Source of the DNA: Candidatus Woesearchaeota archaeon
GTDB lineage: Archaea > Nanobdellota > Nanobdellia > Woesearchaeales > JACPJR01
Length of the DNA: 64,000 nucleotides
Assembly: GCA_016187565.1 (NCBI GenBank)
Contig: JACPJR010000031.1
Location: 9,796 to 73,795 of the forward strand
Direction of reading: 5' to 3'
Part shown: one piece after another, positions 40,031-49,692 of the stretch
How positions within the stretch are numbered: the first letter of the stretch is position 1
How the letters are laid out: each line of letters begins with the position of its first letter
The notes under the pieces: generated by a model
Database searches by the model: none
What the model was told of the DNA's origin: nothing
The model's input: the letters and a program-made list of their open reading frames with translations, nothing else
Translations under genes and position numbers: made by a program

Positions 40031-40754
40031 ACTCAACAATAAAGTCGCTATTGTTACTGGTTCAAGTAGAGGGATTGGCAAATCCATTGCCCTTGCCTTT
40101 GCCAAAGAAGGTGCAGATGTTGTTATTACCTATAAATCTGAAGAGACAAAAGCAAAGGAAGTTGTAAACGCTATTAAGGCATTGAAGAGGGATGCAATTG
40201 CTGTAAAAGTCGATGTAAGTCAACGTAAAGATTTAATTGTTCTTGTCCAAGAAACCATGAAACATTTCAGAAGGATTGATATTTTGGTGAACAATGCAGG
40301 GATTAACAAACCCAGCGACTTTCTTGATATCACTGAAGAAGATTGGGATGCTATCATTGATACGAATCTCAAAGGAGCATTTTTATGCTCCCAGGAAGTC
40401 TTGAAAGTAATGAAGGAACAAAAAAGTGGTGTTATCATTAACATCTCCTCAGTGAGCGGTCAATATGGAGGCCCACGCACATGCCATTACGCGGTTTCTA
40501 AAGCTGGTCTCATCATGATGGGGTATAATCTTGCACTGAACTTTGCCAAGTACAATATCCGCGTTATTAATATTGCCCCAGGCGTTATCGAATCAGAAAT
40601 GGCCAAGGCAGCTGCAAGTCTCGATCTTAAAATTCCTTTACAGCGCCTTGGTAAAGCAGATGAAGTAGCAAAAGCAGCAGTTTTTTTAGCATCTGATGAT
40701 GCAAGTTATATTACCGCCTTTACCATGAATGTCAATGGCGGCTTGTATTTTTAG
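40017..40754 (+). CDS. Classical SDR (FabG-like ketoreductase)
   Basis: TGSSRGIG, NNAG and YAVSK motifs; the start may be ATT at 40026. Confidence 0.9.
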   Translation: MIYIKLNNKVAIVTGSSRGIGKSIALAFAKEGADVVITYKSEETKAKEVVNAIKALKRDAIAVKVDVSQRKDLIVLVQETMKHFRRIDILVNNAGINKPSDFLDITEEDWDAIIDTNLKGAFLCSQEVLKVMKEQKSGVIINISSVSGQYGGPRTCHYAVSKAGLIMMGYNLALNFAKYNIRVINIAPGVIESEMAKAAASLDLKIPLQRLGKADEVAKAAVFLASDDASYITAFTMNVNGGLYF

Positions 40755-40784
40755 TAACTAAGTTTTAGCAACAAGGTAAATCTC

Positions 40785-42014
40785 ATGCAAAAGCGATTAT
40801 TGGTTATTGGAGGAGGACCTGAGATGGTCCCTCTGTTTTCACTCACCAAGCAAATGGGATTACAAACAGTTGTCACTGATAGAGATCCTCATGCACCTGG
40901 TTTTTTATACGCAGATGATCATATTCTTGCAAGTACCAGGGATATTAAAGAGACAGTTGAGAAGGTTCTTGTTTTTCATGCAAAAAAACCAATTCATGGT
41001 GTTATGACCATTGCTAATGATGTTCCCTTGACGGTTGCCAGTGTCGCACGTGTCTTGCACTTGCCTGAAATCCCACCGCTTGAAATTGCTGAAATATTGT
41101 CTGATAAATTCAAGATGAAAGAGGTTTTTAAGGCATCTGGTATTCCATTACCATGGTTTCAACAGATCACCACTTTTAAAGAACTTCAGCAGATTGTTCA
41201 TGAACGTGGATTTCCTCTGGTCCTTAAGCCCGTAGATAACTGTGGGGGGAGGGGTGTCTTTCGGCTGACATCTGTGGATAATCTTCAGGAAGCATTCTCT
41301 ACTGCACAGACCTTTTCACGACGAGGAACCCTCCTTGTTGAAGCTTTTCTTGAAGGCCCACAGGTAAGTACTGAGTCCATTGTCTATCACGGAAGGGTTT
41401 ATACTATTGGATTTTCTGATCGGAATTATGAATTTTTAGAGAAGTATGCACCCCACTTCATTGAAAATGGTGGTGAGCTTCCGTCTCATCTCTCTCCAGC
41501 TGATCAACGCAAAATGTACCAGCTTCTGGAGAAAACTGCGCAGGCGCTTCATCTTACCAATGGTGTTCTTAAAGGGGATCTCATCCTCCACAATGGTGAA
41601 GCGAAAATTATCGAAGTGGCTGGCAGGTTAAGTGGGGGTTACTTTTGTACCCATGAAACACCACTTTCGACCGGTATTGAAATTGTTGTACCTGTTATTA
41701 AGATGGCTCTTGGAGAAAAGGTTGATGAACAGGACTTGAAACCAAAATACCACCGTGGAGTTTGCCAGCGTTATTTTTTTCCAACAGAAGGGAAGGTTGT
41801 TGCTGTTGAGGGCATTGATCAAGTCAAAAAACTTCCATGGGTAAAGCTTTTCTCGCTTAATGTTAAGATTGGAGACATTATTAAAAAACCAGTAGATTCT
41901 AATGCAAGTGTAGGAGTTATCATGACTATTGGAGAAACCAGAGAAGAGGCATTGGAGCGAATGGCTGAGGCAATGGCCCATATTAAGATAAAAACCATTA
42001 AACAAACATTGTGA
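40785..42014 (+). CDS. ATP-grasp ligase
   Basis: DKFKMK, VLKPVDNCGGRGV, VEAFLEG and IIEVAGRLSGG motifs. Confidence 0.88.
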   Translation: MQKRLLVIGGGPEMVPLFSLTKQMGLQTVVTDRDPHAPGFLYADDHILASTRDIKETVEKVLVFHAKKPIHGVMTIANDVPLTVASVARVLHLPEIPPLEIAEILSDKFKMKEVFKASGIPLPWFQQITTFKELQQIVHERGFPLVLKPVDNCGGRGVFRLTSVDNLQEAFSTAQTFSRRGTLLVEAFLEGPQVSTESIVYHGRVYTIGFSDRNYEFLEKYAPHFIENGGELPSHLSPADQRKMYQLLEKTAQALHLTNGVLKGDLILHNGEAKIIEVAGRLSGGYFCTHETPLSTGIEIVVPVIKMALGEKVDEQDLKPKYHRGVCQRYFFPTEGKVVAVEGIDQVKKLPWVKLFSLNVKIGDIIKKPVDSNASVGVIMTIGETREEALERMAEAMAHIKIKTIKQTL

Positions 42015-42042
42015 AAACATAATCCAAAAAACGGAGGGTATT

Positions 42043-42726
42043 ATGAATATTTTAGTAGTCGCTGCACATCCTGACGATGAAGTGTTGGGTTGTGGAGGAA
42101 CAATGGTTCATCATGTTCGGCAAGGAGACAAGGTTTTTATATTAATCACCGGAGAAGGTATTACTGCACGGTATACTCATCGTGATCAAGCTAATTTACT
42201 GCATCTTGAAAACCTCCATGTTCAAACACAGAAAGTTGCCGATATTTTAGGAGCGACAAAGCTTTTTACTCATAATTTTCCTGACAATCGTTTGGACAGT
42301 GTTCCTTTACTTGATGTTATTAAAGTGGTTGAGAAGGTTCAACAAGAGGTAAAACCAGAAATGGTGTATACCCATCATCGTGCAGATTTAAACATAGACC
42401 ATCGTATTTTGTATCATGCAGTGCTGACTGCATGTCGACCTATGCAAAAGAGTCGTGTTAGAAGGATCCTTTCATTTTATAATATCTCATCAACTGAATG
42501 GAATGTACCTCCTCCTAAAGATCTTTTCTTTCCTAATGTCTTCGTTGATATTACTCGGTCGATGAAAACAAAGCTTAAAGCAATGAGTATCTATAAAACA
42601 GAACTGTGTAAATATCCTCATCCACGATCCTTAAAGGCAATAGAAAACACAGCGAAATATTGGGGTAATTGTGTTGGTTTTGAAGCTGCAGAACCGTTCA
42701 TGCTTGTTCGTGAGAGGATTACATGA
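42043..42726 (+). CDS. PIG-L/LmbE-family N-deacetylase
   Basis: AHPDDEVLGCGG and DLNIDH motifs. Confidence 0.92.
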   Translation: MNILVVAAHPDDEVLGCGGTMVHHVRQGDKVFILITGEGITARYTHRDQANLLHLENLHVQTQKVADILGATKLFTHNFPDNRLDSVPLLDVIKVVEKVQQEVKPEMVYTHHRADLNIDHRILYHAVLTACRPMQKSRVRRILSFYNISSTEWNVPPPKDLFFPNVFVDITRSMKTKLKAMSIYKTELCKYPHPRSLKAIENTAKYWGNCVGFEAAEPFMLVRERIT

Positions 42727-43676
42727 GAACAGCATTTATTGGTGCGCTTATTGGCGGATATGATGCACTCAAAGCTTTGCTTGATAATGGGATTACTATT
42801 GATCTTGTTTTTACGCTTGATGAACATTATGCCGAAAATGTGAGCTGCTTTCAGTTATTTGATCCGCTCTTTAAGCAATACAATGTTCCATACTCTAAAA
42901 TAAAGGATATCAATGATCCAGAAAATATTTTGCGACTAAAAAATCTTAAACCAGATTTAATGATTGTTAATTGCTGGTCGCAACTTCTTACCAAGGAAAT
43001 TTTGGACATTCCTAGCATAGGAGTCCTTGGCATGCATCCTACCTTATTGCCAAAACATCGGGGACGAGCTCCAATTCCCTGGGCCCTTATCCACGGCCTT
43101 GATAAAACTGGTGTTACCTGGTTTTTTTATAATGAGAAACCAGATGCAGGTGATATTGTTGCGCAGCGTGAAATACCCATCACCTTTCAAGACACGGCGA
43201 TGTCCCTGGGCAAAAAGGTTGATACGGTTGCTATCGAACTTCTTATTGAGGCAGTAAAAAGCATCCAACAAGGCATCTACAAAAGAATTCCTCAGGATCA
43301 TACCCAGGCAACCTATTGGAAGCGAAGAAGACCAGAGGATGGTATTATTGACTGGAACAAAACAAATCTTGCATTGTATAATTGGGTACGAGCGTTGACA
43401 AGACCATATCCTGGAGCATTCACGTATCATAACGGAAAAAAACTCTTCGTGTGGAAAGCATCTCTTCCCTTAAAGGATTTAGCAGAGGTATCATTCACCA
43501 CAGAGGATGTCCGTACATCAGGTACTATTATGAATGTTGACCCTGATGGAATTACGGTAAGTACAGGACAAGGGAATCTTATCCTTGAAGAAGTCCAATA
43601 TGAAGATGAACCAGTTCTTAATTTAGCTCTTGCGACACTACACTTTCAAATAGGTGAGGTACTTGGTAATGTCTGA
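42723..43676 (+). CDS. N-formyltransferase (Fmt/ArnA-like)
   Basis: HPTLLPKHRGRAP, DAGDI and RALTRPYPGAF motifs. Confidence 0.9.
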   Translation: MRTAFIGALIGGYDALKALLDNGITIDLVFTLDEHYAENVSCFQLFDPLFKQYNVPYSKIKDINDPENILRLKNLKPDLMIVNCWSQLLTKEILDIPSIGVLGMHPTLLPKHRGRAPIPWALIHGLDKTGVTWFFYNEKPDAGDIVAQREIPITFQDTAMSLGKKVDTVAIELLIEAVKSIQQGIYKRIPQDHTQATYWKRRRPEDGIIDWNKTNLALYNWVRALTRPYPGAFTYHNGKKLFVWKASLPLKDLAEVSFTTEDVRTSGTIMNVDPDGITVSTGQGNLILEEVQYEDEPVLNLALATLHFQIGEVLGNV

Positions 43677-45696
43677 AGTAAAACCAAAACTGTATCTAGC
43701 CATGGTTTTTCATGGTAATCTTGGATATTCAAGTATTCCAGAAGGACATTATCCAGAAGTAATTGCAAAATGTTACTGGCCGATTCTTTCGTTGCTTGAG
43801 AAACATGGCATTCCTGCAGGTTTTGAATTTCCAGGAAGAACCCTTGAGATAATCGAGGAAAAGGATCCAAACTTTATCAAAAGATTCAAAGTCCTTATGA
43901 CTAACAAACGTGTCGAGTTTATTGGTTCGGGTTATGTGCAAAGCATATTCCCCTTAATTCCGGCAGCGGTTAATCTCAAGAATCTTTTTTTGGGTAATGA
44001 GGTTTATCAACAGATTCTTGGTTTACAACCGAAGATAGCTTTCATTAATGAGCATGTGTATGCTGATGGATTGGTGAAACTCTATAATCAAGCAGGTTAT
44101 GAAGCGATCATTTTGGATTGGGTTAATGCCGCTCATTTTAATAAAGATTTGAAGTCCTGTAAATATTCTGCAACAGGTATTGAGGGTACAGATCATCAAA
44201 AGATAAAGGTGCTTTGGAACAATTCATTCTTTTTCCAGCTCTTTCAGCGGTATGTCTATGGGGATATAGACCTTGTGGATTACCAGAAGCATGTACAATC
44301 AATGAAATCAAAAAAAGAATCTCGTGTTGCTATGATTTATGGCAATGATATGGAAGTTTTTAATTTTCGTCCACGGGATCCTCAAATCCTCCACTCAGGA
44401 GATATTAAAGAGGATGAGATCAAAAAAATTGAGCGTTTACTTCTTATGCTTAAGCAAGATTCAGATATTGAGTTTGTTCTTCCTTCACAAGCGCTTGATG
44501 TCTGTTTTTTACCTCACGTTTTTCGTATAGGAACTGCAGAAAGTCCTATCACTACAAAAAAACAGGAAAAGTACAATGTTTCTCGATGGGCTGTTTGTGG
44601 AAAAAATAGTTATCTGAGCAATACCTATTGTATGCAAGTGTATCATGAATTGATTGCCGATAGCAAGCAAACTTCTTTTAAAGATAAAGACTGGAAAGAA
44701 TTGGTGTTGTTATGGGCCAGTGATTTTAGGACTCACACTGAACCAAAAAAGCATGCAGCATTTGTGACTAAGTTAGATGAGTTAAAGAAACGCTTAGTTA
44801 CTCCTCCTGGCATAACTTTTCCTGACATCACTTCTAGCTTGATAGTTCGTAGTAATGACAGAGATATGCCTTCACTACATACGCATTCTGTTGAGCAAGG
44901 TGTTGTTACGACTGATGCTGTTCTTCTCGCTTTATCCGCCAGAAAAGGAGCAGCCATCAAAAAATTAACATTTAAAAACGTTCATAACCACCCGTTAATA
45001 GCTACGTTGCCCTATGGCTATTATGATGATATTACCCACGCGTTTGATTTTTTTTCCGGGCATTGTATTATTCTTGAGGGAAATCAGCAAATTACTGATT
45101 TACAATCTACAAAACTCGATACAAGAGAGTTTGATTCTTTTGTTGAAATAACGGCTAAAGTTCCTCTTACTCAGGGAGCTGGAACCGTAGATAAACTATT
45201 TCGTGTCTACAAAAAAATACCTAAAGTAGATGTGCAGTTACTTTTTACTTTTCATCGAGCAATTAACCCAACCTTTGCTCGTATGATGATCCTTACCTTA
45301 AATCCACATGCTTTTACAAAAAATAAACTTTTTTATCGTACGAGTAATGGAGGATTTGAAGAGGAGACTTATTTTTTTCGGAAGAATTTTGATCAGACTC
45401 TTCCAGTCGATTTTCGATTTTCTGCACGTGGCTGTTTAGGAACAACGAATGAACATTTGACTATAGGTGACAATCAGTGTGCATTAACGATTTATGCGGA
45501 TAAAACTGCAACGTATACTGTTCCGTTGCTTACCTATGAGCGATTGTCAAAATCTTTTTTTCTTCGAGTATCTCATTCATTGATAGAAACTGATGAGACT
45601 ACCCATTGTATGCTTACAGGAACTCTTCCTTTACGCTTCTCACTGGTGGCACAACCGCTGAAAAAAACAAATAGGCAACAAGGAAGTAATAGGTAA
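43669..45696 (+). CDS. GH57-like protein
   Basis: FHGNL, EFIGSGYVQSIFPLIP, NEHVY and YGNDME match GH57 conserved regions; beta-rich C-terminal domain. Confidence 0.65.
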   Translation: MSEVKPKLYLAMVFHGNLGYSSIPEGHYPEVIAKCYWPILSLLEKHGIPAGFEFPGRTLEIIEEKDPNFIKRFKVLMTNKRVEFIGSGYVQSIFPLIPAAVNLKNLFLGNEVYQQILGLQPKIAFINEHVYADGLVKLYNQAGYEAIILDWVNAAHFNKDLKSCKYSATGIEGTDHQKIKVLWNNSFFFQLFQRYVYGDIDLVDYQKHVQSMKSKKESRVAMIYGNDMEVFNFRPRDPQILHSGDIKEDEIKKIERLLLMLKQDSDIEFVLPSQALDVCFLPHVFRIGTAESPITTKKQEKYNVSRWAVCGKNSYLSNTYCMQVYHELIADSKQTSFKDKDWKELVLLWASDFRTHTEPKKHAAFVTKLDELKKRLVTPPGITFPDITSSLIVRSNDRDMPSLHTHSVEQGVVTTDAVLLALSARKGAAIKKLTFKNVHNHPLIATLPYGYYDDITHAFDFFSGHCIILEGNQQITDLQSTKLDTREFDSFVEITAKVPLTQGAGTVDKLFRVYKKIPKVDVQLLFTFHRAINPTFARMMILTLNPHAFTKNKLFYRTSNGGFEEETYFFRKNFDQTLPVDFRFSARGCLGTTNEHLTIGDNQCALTIYADKTATYTVPLLTYERLSKSFFLRVSHSLIETDETTHCMLTGTLPLRFSLVAQPLKKTNRQQGSNR

Positions 45697-45700
45697 TGAA

Positions 45701-47170
45701 ATGTCAGAAAGAATACAGATCATGAAGGATGCTTCAATTTATTCCTTAACCACGTATATTGGTGAAGCTCTCAATTTTATTCGTGGTTTAATTGTTGCAG
45801 CTATGCTGGGTCCAACATTCTTTGGAATCTGGAGGGGCTTACAACTTATTCCCATGTATGGAGCCTATGCACATCTTGGAACAATCAATGCAATGGAACG
45901 CCAGCTTCCATATTATCGTGCAAAACAAGAGCATGAACATTGCCTGCATATACGAAATGTAACCCTTTCCTCTACCATTATCATTACGCTTTTAGTGACC
46001 TTTGGTATTATTATTTATTCATTTTTCGCCTCTCTATCTCGTGAATTCCTTCTTGGTATTCAGTTGATTGCTGTTGTTGTTCTACTGCAACAGCTGTGGA
46101 TATTTTTTACTAAATATCTCAATACTGAGAAAAAATTTATAATTAAAAGCACCTCTAATCTGATTTTAGCAGTTGCGAGCATTCTCTTTATGCCTGGTCT
46201 TATTTTTATTATGGGATTTACTGGTCTTTTTATTGGTCTTATTTTGGCGTATCTTGTGACGCTCGTTTATATCTGGATTCATCTTGATTTCAAGTTTTCT
46301 TTTTCTCTTGAGGGACTGGAGCTAAAGACATTATTACAAATAGGATTTCCGATTATTATTCTCGGTTTACTTGCAACCCTTCTTATGAGTATTGATCGTT
46401 TACTGATCCTTCGTTATAGTGATGCTAAAAATCTTGGGTATTACAGTATTGGTATTATGTTTCTTACCCTTATCCGTCTAGGATCTCGTGTTATCACCGA
46501 AGTCCTCTCGCCCAGAATCTATGAACGTCTTGGATCTACTGAGAAATTAGAATCAATACAGGGGCTTGTTTTCAAACCAACCTATGTCTCAAGCCTTCTC
46601 TTTCCCTTTCTTCTTGGTATTTCTTTTTTTTTACTCCCTCTGATTATAACGATGTTTCTCCCAGAATATGTTGCAGGGATAGATGCTCTTAAAATTCTCA
46701 TTGTTGCTTCCTTTTTTATTCCCTTAAACCCTCTTGGCATGATTTTTTTTATAGGTATTTCGAAGCAGCATAAATTAATCCCTCTTGCCGTTCTTCTCAT
46801 TATCTTTACCTTTCTCACACAATATCTCTTGTTAAAAGCAGGGTTTGGTATTCTTGGAGTAGCCATTGCTGTTGGTCTTACCATTGTAGTTGAGGTCACG
46901 TTATATCTGTTGTATATGCTCTGGCATTTTACGAAAAAAGCATCAGATTTTTTCCGTTTGTTATTACGGGTCTATGCTCCATTTTTGTATTTTTTGCTCG
47001 TTGTTATTGTTGTGCAATCCATACCATTGTCTGCCTTAGGTAATATTCTGGCAACTTTATTGCAGGTATTTATTGTTGTTATTCTTCTTTCTCCTCTCCT
47101 TTACTTTTTTAATGCCATTATCCCACTGAAAGAACTTGTTGGACTTATCAAAAAAAATGACCATGCCTAA
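45701..47170 (+). CDS. Wzx/MOP-family oligosaccharide flippase
   Basis: Roughly 12-14 TM segments; LGPTFFG and IDRLLI...LGYYS motifs. Confidence 0.88.
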   Translation: MSERIQIMKDASIYSLTTYIGEALNFIRGLIVAAMLGPTFFGIWRGLQLIPMYGAYAHLGTINAMERQLPYYRAKQEHEHCLHIRNVTLSSTIIITLLVTFGIIIYSFFASLSREFLLGIQLIAVVVLLQQLWIFFTKYLNTEKKFIIKSTSNLILAVASILFMPGLIFIMGFTGLFIGLILAYLVTLVYIWIHLDFKFSFSLEGLELKTLLQIGFPIIILGLLATLLMSIDRLLILRYSDAKNLGYYSIGIMFLTLIRLGSRVITEVLSPRIYERLGSTEKLESIQGLVFKPTYVSSLLFPFLLGISFFLLPLIITMFLPEYVAGIDALKILIVASFFIPLNPLGMIFFIGISKQHKLIPLAVLLIIFTFLTQYLLLKAGFGILGVAIAVGLTIVVEVTLYLLYMLWHFTKKASDFFRLLLRVYAPFLYFLLVVIVVQSIPLSALGNILATLLQVFIVVILLSPLLYFFNAIIPLKELVGLIKKNDHA

Positions 47171-49052
47171 TACCTCCGAAACTGTTCTGATCATATCATC
47201 CCAAGAAAATCAACCGCTTGTACCTTTGGGAAGAAATGATAGTGAAAAGGATCCAGAAAAAAAAGTTATTGCTTTAACCCCTCTATCTTTACAAAAATAT
47301 AATGCTATTATAGATTATAACCATGTGCGAAAAAGAGTTGATGATATTGCTGATTCTTTACTTGCCTTCTTAGAAAAGGAATATGCTGACTTACTACATG
47401 TTGAAGACATCAGTTTAAGTACGATGGTACGGTTAGCTATGCAAAACGCTTTCCTCGAAGTCGTTTTCTTCCATGAATACCTTGATAAGGTCTTGCAAAC
47501 GGAAAAACCGGTATCTATCATTCTTTACGATGATGCGTCTTCTTTTGTTGATATCATGAAAACATGGTTGTCGAGCAAAGATTTGTCAGTAACAATCATA
47601 CCTGCTCCTTCTTCACTTGTTCTTTTCTCGAAAAGAAGGAACATGAAAACCTTGGTTCATTTTCAGCTGAAAAAATCGTATATTTTAACTCTTCGACCAC
47701 TTCTTTTCAAGCTCCAGCGGTTCTATACTTGTTCTGCTCGGCTTGACACGAAAAAGGATGCAATAAGTTCTCTTGATATGCTTTTTATTACTTGTCATCC
47801 TGCTTCTTATCGTTGTCTTCTTCCAATAATTGAGGAAGCAAGGAATCAACAAAAAAAAGTACTGCTTTTGGTGCAAAATGCTAAAGTCCAATCATTGTTG
47901 CGAAAAACAACCATCCCCTTCATGCTTTTTTCTGATTTTCTTCCGAAAAATTCTCCTCAATTAATTGCACGTCTTCGTCATAACATAGAACATGCATGGA
48001 ATAATCTTCTCCAGAATGATTCATTTACCACATTAATAGTTGGATGGGGAATACCTAAATCTCAGGTACTTACCCTTTTGAAAGAGATTTTTTTCATTCG
48101 TATGGTACAAGCTGCAGAATGTGTTCTTGCTTCAAAGGAATTTATCGGCCGATATAATCCAAAGATTCTTGTTGTCGGAACTGACACGCATCTTCAAGAA
48201 AAATCTTGTATCCATTACGCAAAAAAATACAATATCCCTTCGTTGAATATCCAGCATGGGACTGTAGGTTACACTGAACTTATGCTTCCTCTCTCTGCAG
48301 ATTACATGGCAGTTTGGGATAAAGCAAACCTGGATAAGCTTGTTGCTAAAGGTGCAGATCCCAAGCGATTAGTAATCACTGGTCAGCCTCGTTATGATTC
48401 ACTCGTCCAGGGAAAGGTTATGTATGACCGCGATGAGGTATGCCGTATTTTTCACATTGATCTCAAAAAACCGTTGTTACTTATACTCACAAGTCCCTTT
48501 CCAAAAGCATTGAATACTGAATTCTTACTAGCAGCACTTGATGCAGCAATTCATCTTCCGGGTATGCAAATTCTTATTAAGGCCCATCCTGAAGAGGATG
48601 TTTCACTTCATAAAATTATCCTCCATATTTTTGCCAAGCGTTTTGCTCTTTCTAAAGATGCTGGTGAATTTCCCAACATTCCTATAATTCGCCATTTTGA
48701 TACCTTTTCTCTTCTCAAGGCTTCTGATCTCATTCTTTCTATGTATTCGAGCGTAGTTCTTGAGGCCGTTCTTCTTAACAAAGACGTCATCGTGAGTGAC
48801 CTCAGTGGTGACAAAACCGAGGATTTTGAAGAACGAGGGATTGTTCTTGTTGCTCATCAAAAAAAGGATATTGCTTCCCTCATCAACCAGTTGATAACAT
48901 CTCCTGATCGTAAACATACCTTGGCAACAAAGAGAAAAACATTTTTAAAAGAATATGCCTTTGCTGATGGAAAAGCAACTGATCGTGTTATGGATCTTAT
49001 GCAAAAAATGGTTCAACACCGTACCCATACTATGGATACATCCCTTTTGTAG
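47157..49052 (+). CDS. GT-B protein of the sialyltransferase/CDP-glycerophosphotransferase-like type
   Basis: IQHG, TGQPRYD, KAHPEE, SSVVLEA and DGKATDR motifs. Confidence 0.7.
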   Translation: MTMPNTSETVLIISSQENQPLVPLGRNDSEKDPEKKVIALTPLSLQKYNAIIDYNHVRKRVDDIADSLLAFLEKEYADLLHVEDISLSTMVRLAMQNAFLEVVFFHEYLDKVLQTEKPVSIILYDDASSFVDIMKTWLSSKDLSVTIIPAPSSLVLFSKRRNMKTLVHFQLKKSYILTLRPLLFKLQRFYTCSARLDTKKDAISSLDMLFITCHPASYRCLLPIIEEARNQQKKVLLLVQNAKVQSLLRKTTIPFMLFSDFLPKNSPQLIARLRHNIEHAWNNLLQNDSFTTLIVGWGIPKSQVLTLLKEIFFIRMVQAAECVLASKEFIGRYNPKILVVGTDTHLQEKSCIHYAKKYNIPSLNIQHGTVGYTELMLPLSADYMAVWDKANLDKLVAKGADPKRLVITGQPRYDSLVQGKVMYDRDEVCRIFHIDLKKPLLLILTSPFPKALNTEFLLAALDAAIHLPGMQILIKAHPEEDVSLHKIILHIFAKRFALSKDAGEFPNIPIIRHFDTFSLLKASDLILSMYSSVVLEAVLLNKDVIVSDLSGDKTEDFEERGIVLVAHQKKDIASLINQLITSPDRKHTLATKRKTFLKEYAFADGKATDRVMDLMQKMVQHRTHTMDTSLL

Positions 49053-49076
49053 TTATTTTCTGTGGAGGACAGAACT

Positions 49077-49679
49077 ATGAATGATCTACTCTATTTTATC
49101 TACCGAGCGTTTCGTCATATATCATTTCGGCTGCGAGCATTTTACTTCTCACTCCTTGTAAAAAAAATGGGAACTAGAGTAAAAATTGGTCCCGGATTTC
49201 AAACAAATGATCCTCACCATATTATCATAGGAGATCATGTCTATATTGATGCGTACTGTAATGTCATGGCTGTTGCTTCGTGGAAAGGAGAAAAATATAA
49301 CCCTTTATTAGAAATAGGGCATCATACGACCATCGGAAGATTTGCTCATATTACCTGTGTCAACAAGGTACGTATTGGCAGTAATGTTATGTTTGCTGAG
49401 CGTGTGTTTATAGGTGATCACGACCATGCCTATAAAGAGATTCATCAACCCATTCTTCATCAACCCTTGAGTAGAGATGGTGTTACTGAAATCGGCGATG
49501 GTTGTTGGTTAGGTGTAGGTTGTGTTATTCTTAAGGATGTGCATATTGGCAAGCATTGTGTTATTGGATCTAACAGCGTTGTTACAAAGGATATTCCTGC
49601 GTATTCAGTAGCAGTTGGCATTCCTGCTCGGGTTATACAGCAATACGATCACGCCACAGGAACATGGATACACGTTTAG
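49077..49679 (+). CDS. Left-handed beta-helix acyltransferase
   Basis: Hexapeptide repeats, DHDH and VGIPAR; GGAGG SD before ATG 49077. Confidence 0.9.
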   Translation: MNDLLYFIYRAFRHISFRLRAFYFSLLVKKMGTRVKIGPGFQTNDPHHIIIGDHVYIDAYCNVMAVASWKGEKYNPLLEIGHHTTIGRFAHITCVNKVRIGSNVMFAERVFIGDHDHAYKEIHQPILHQPLSRDGVTEIGDGCWLGVGCVILKDVHIGKHCVIGSNSVVTKDIPAYSVAVGIPARVIQQYDHATGTWIHV

Positions 49680-49692
49680 GTGATAGGACACT

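Noticed and set aside
42723-43676. Methionyl-tRNA formyltransferase implying formylated initiation
   Set aside because: The initiator tRNA has the archaeal A1-U72 pair, and the gene is coupled to sugar-tailoring genes.
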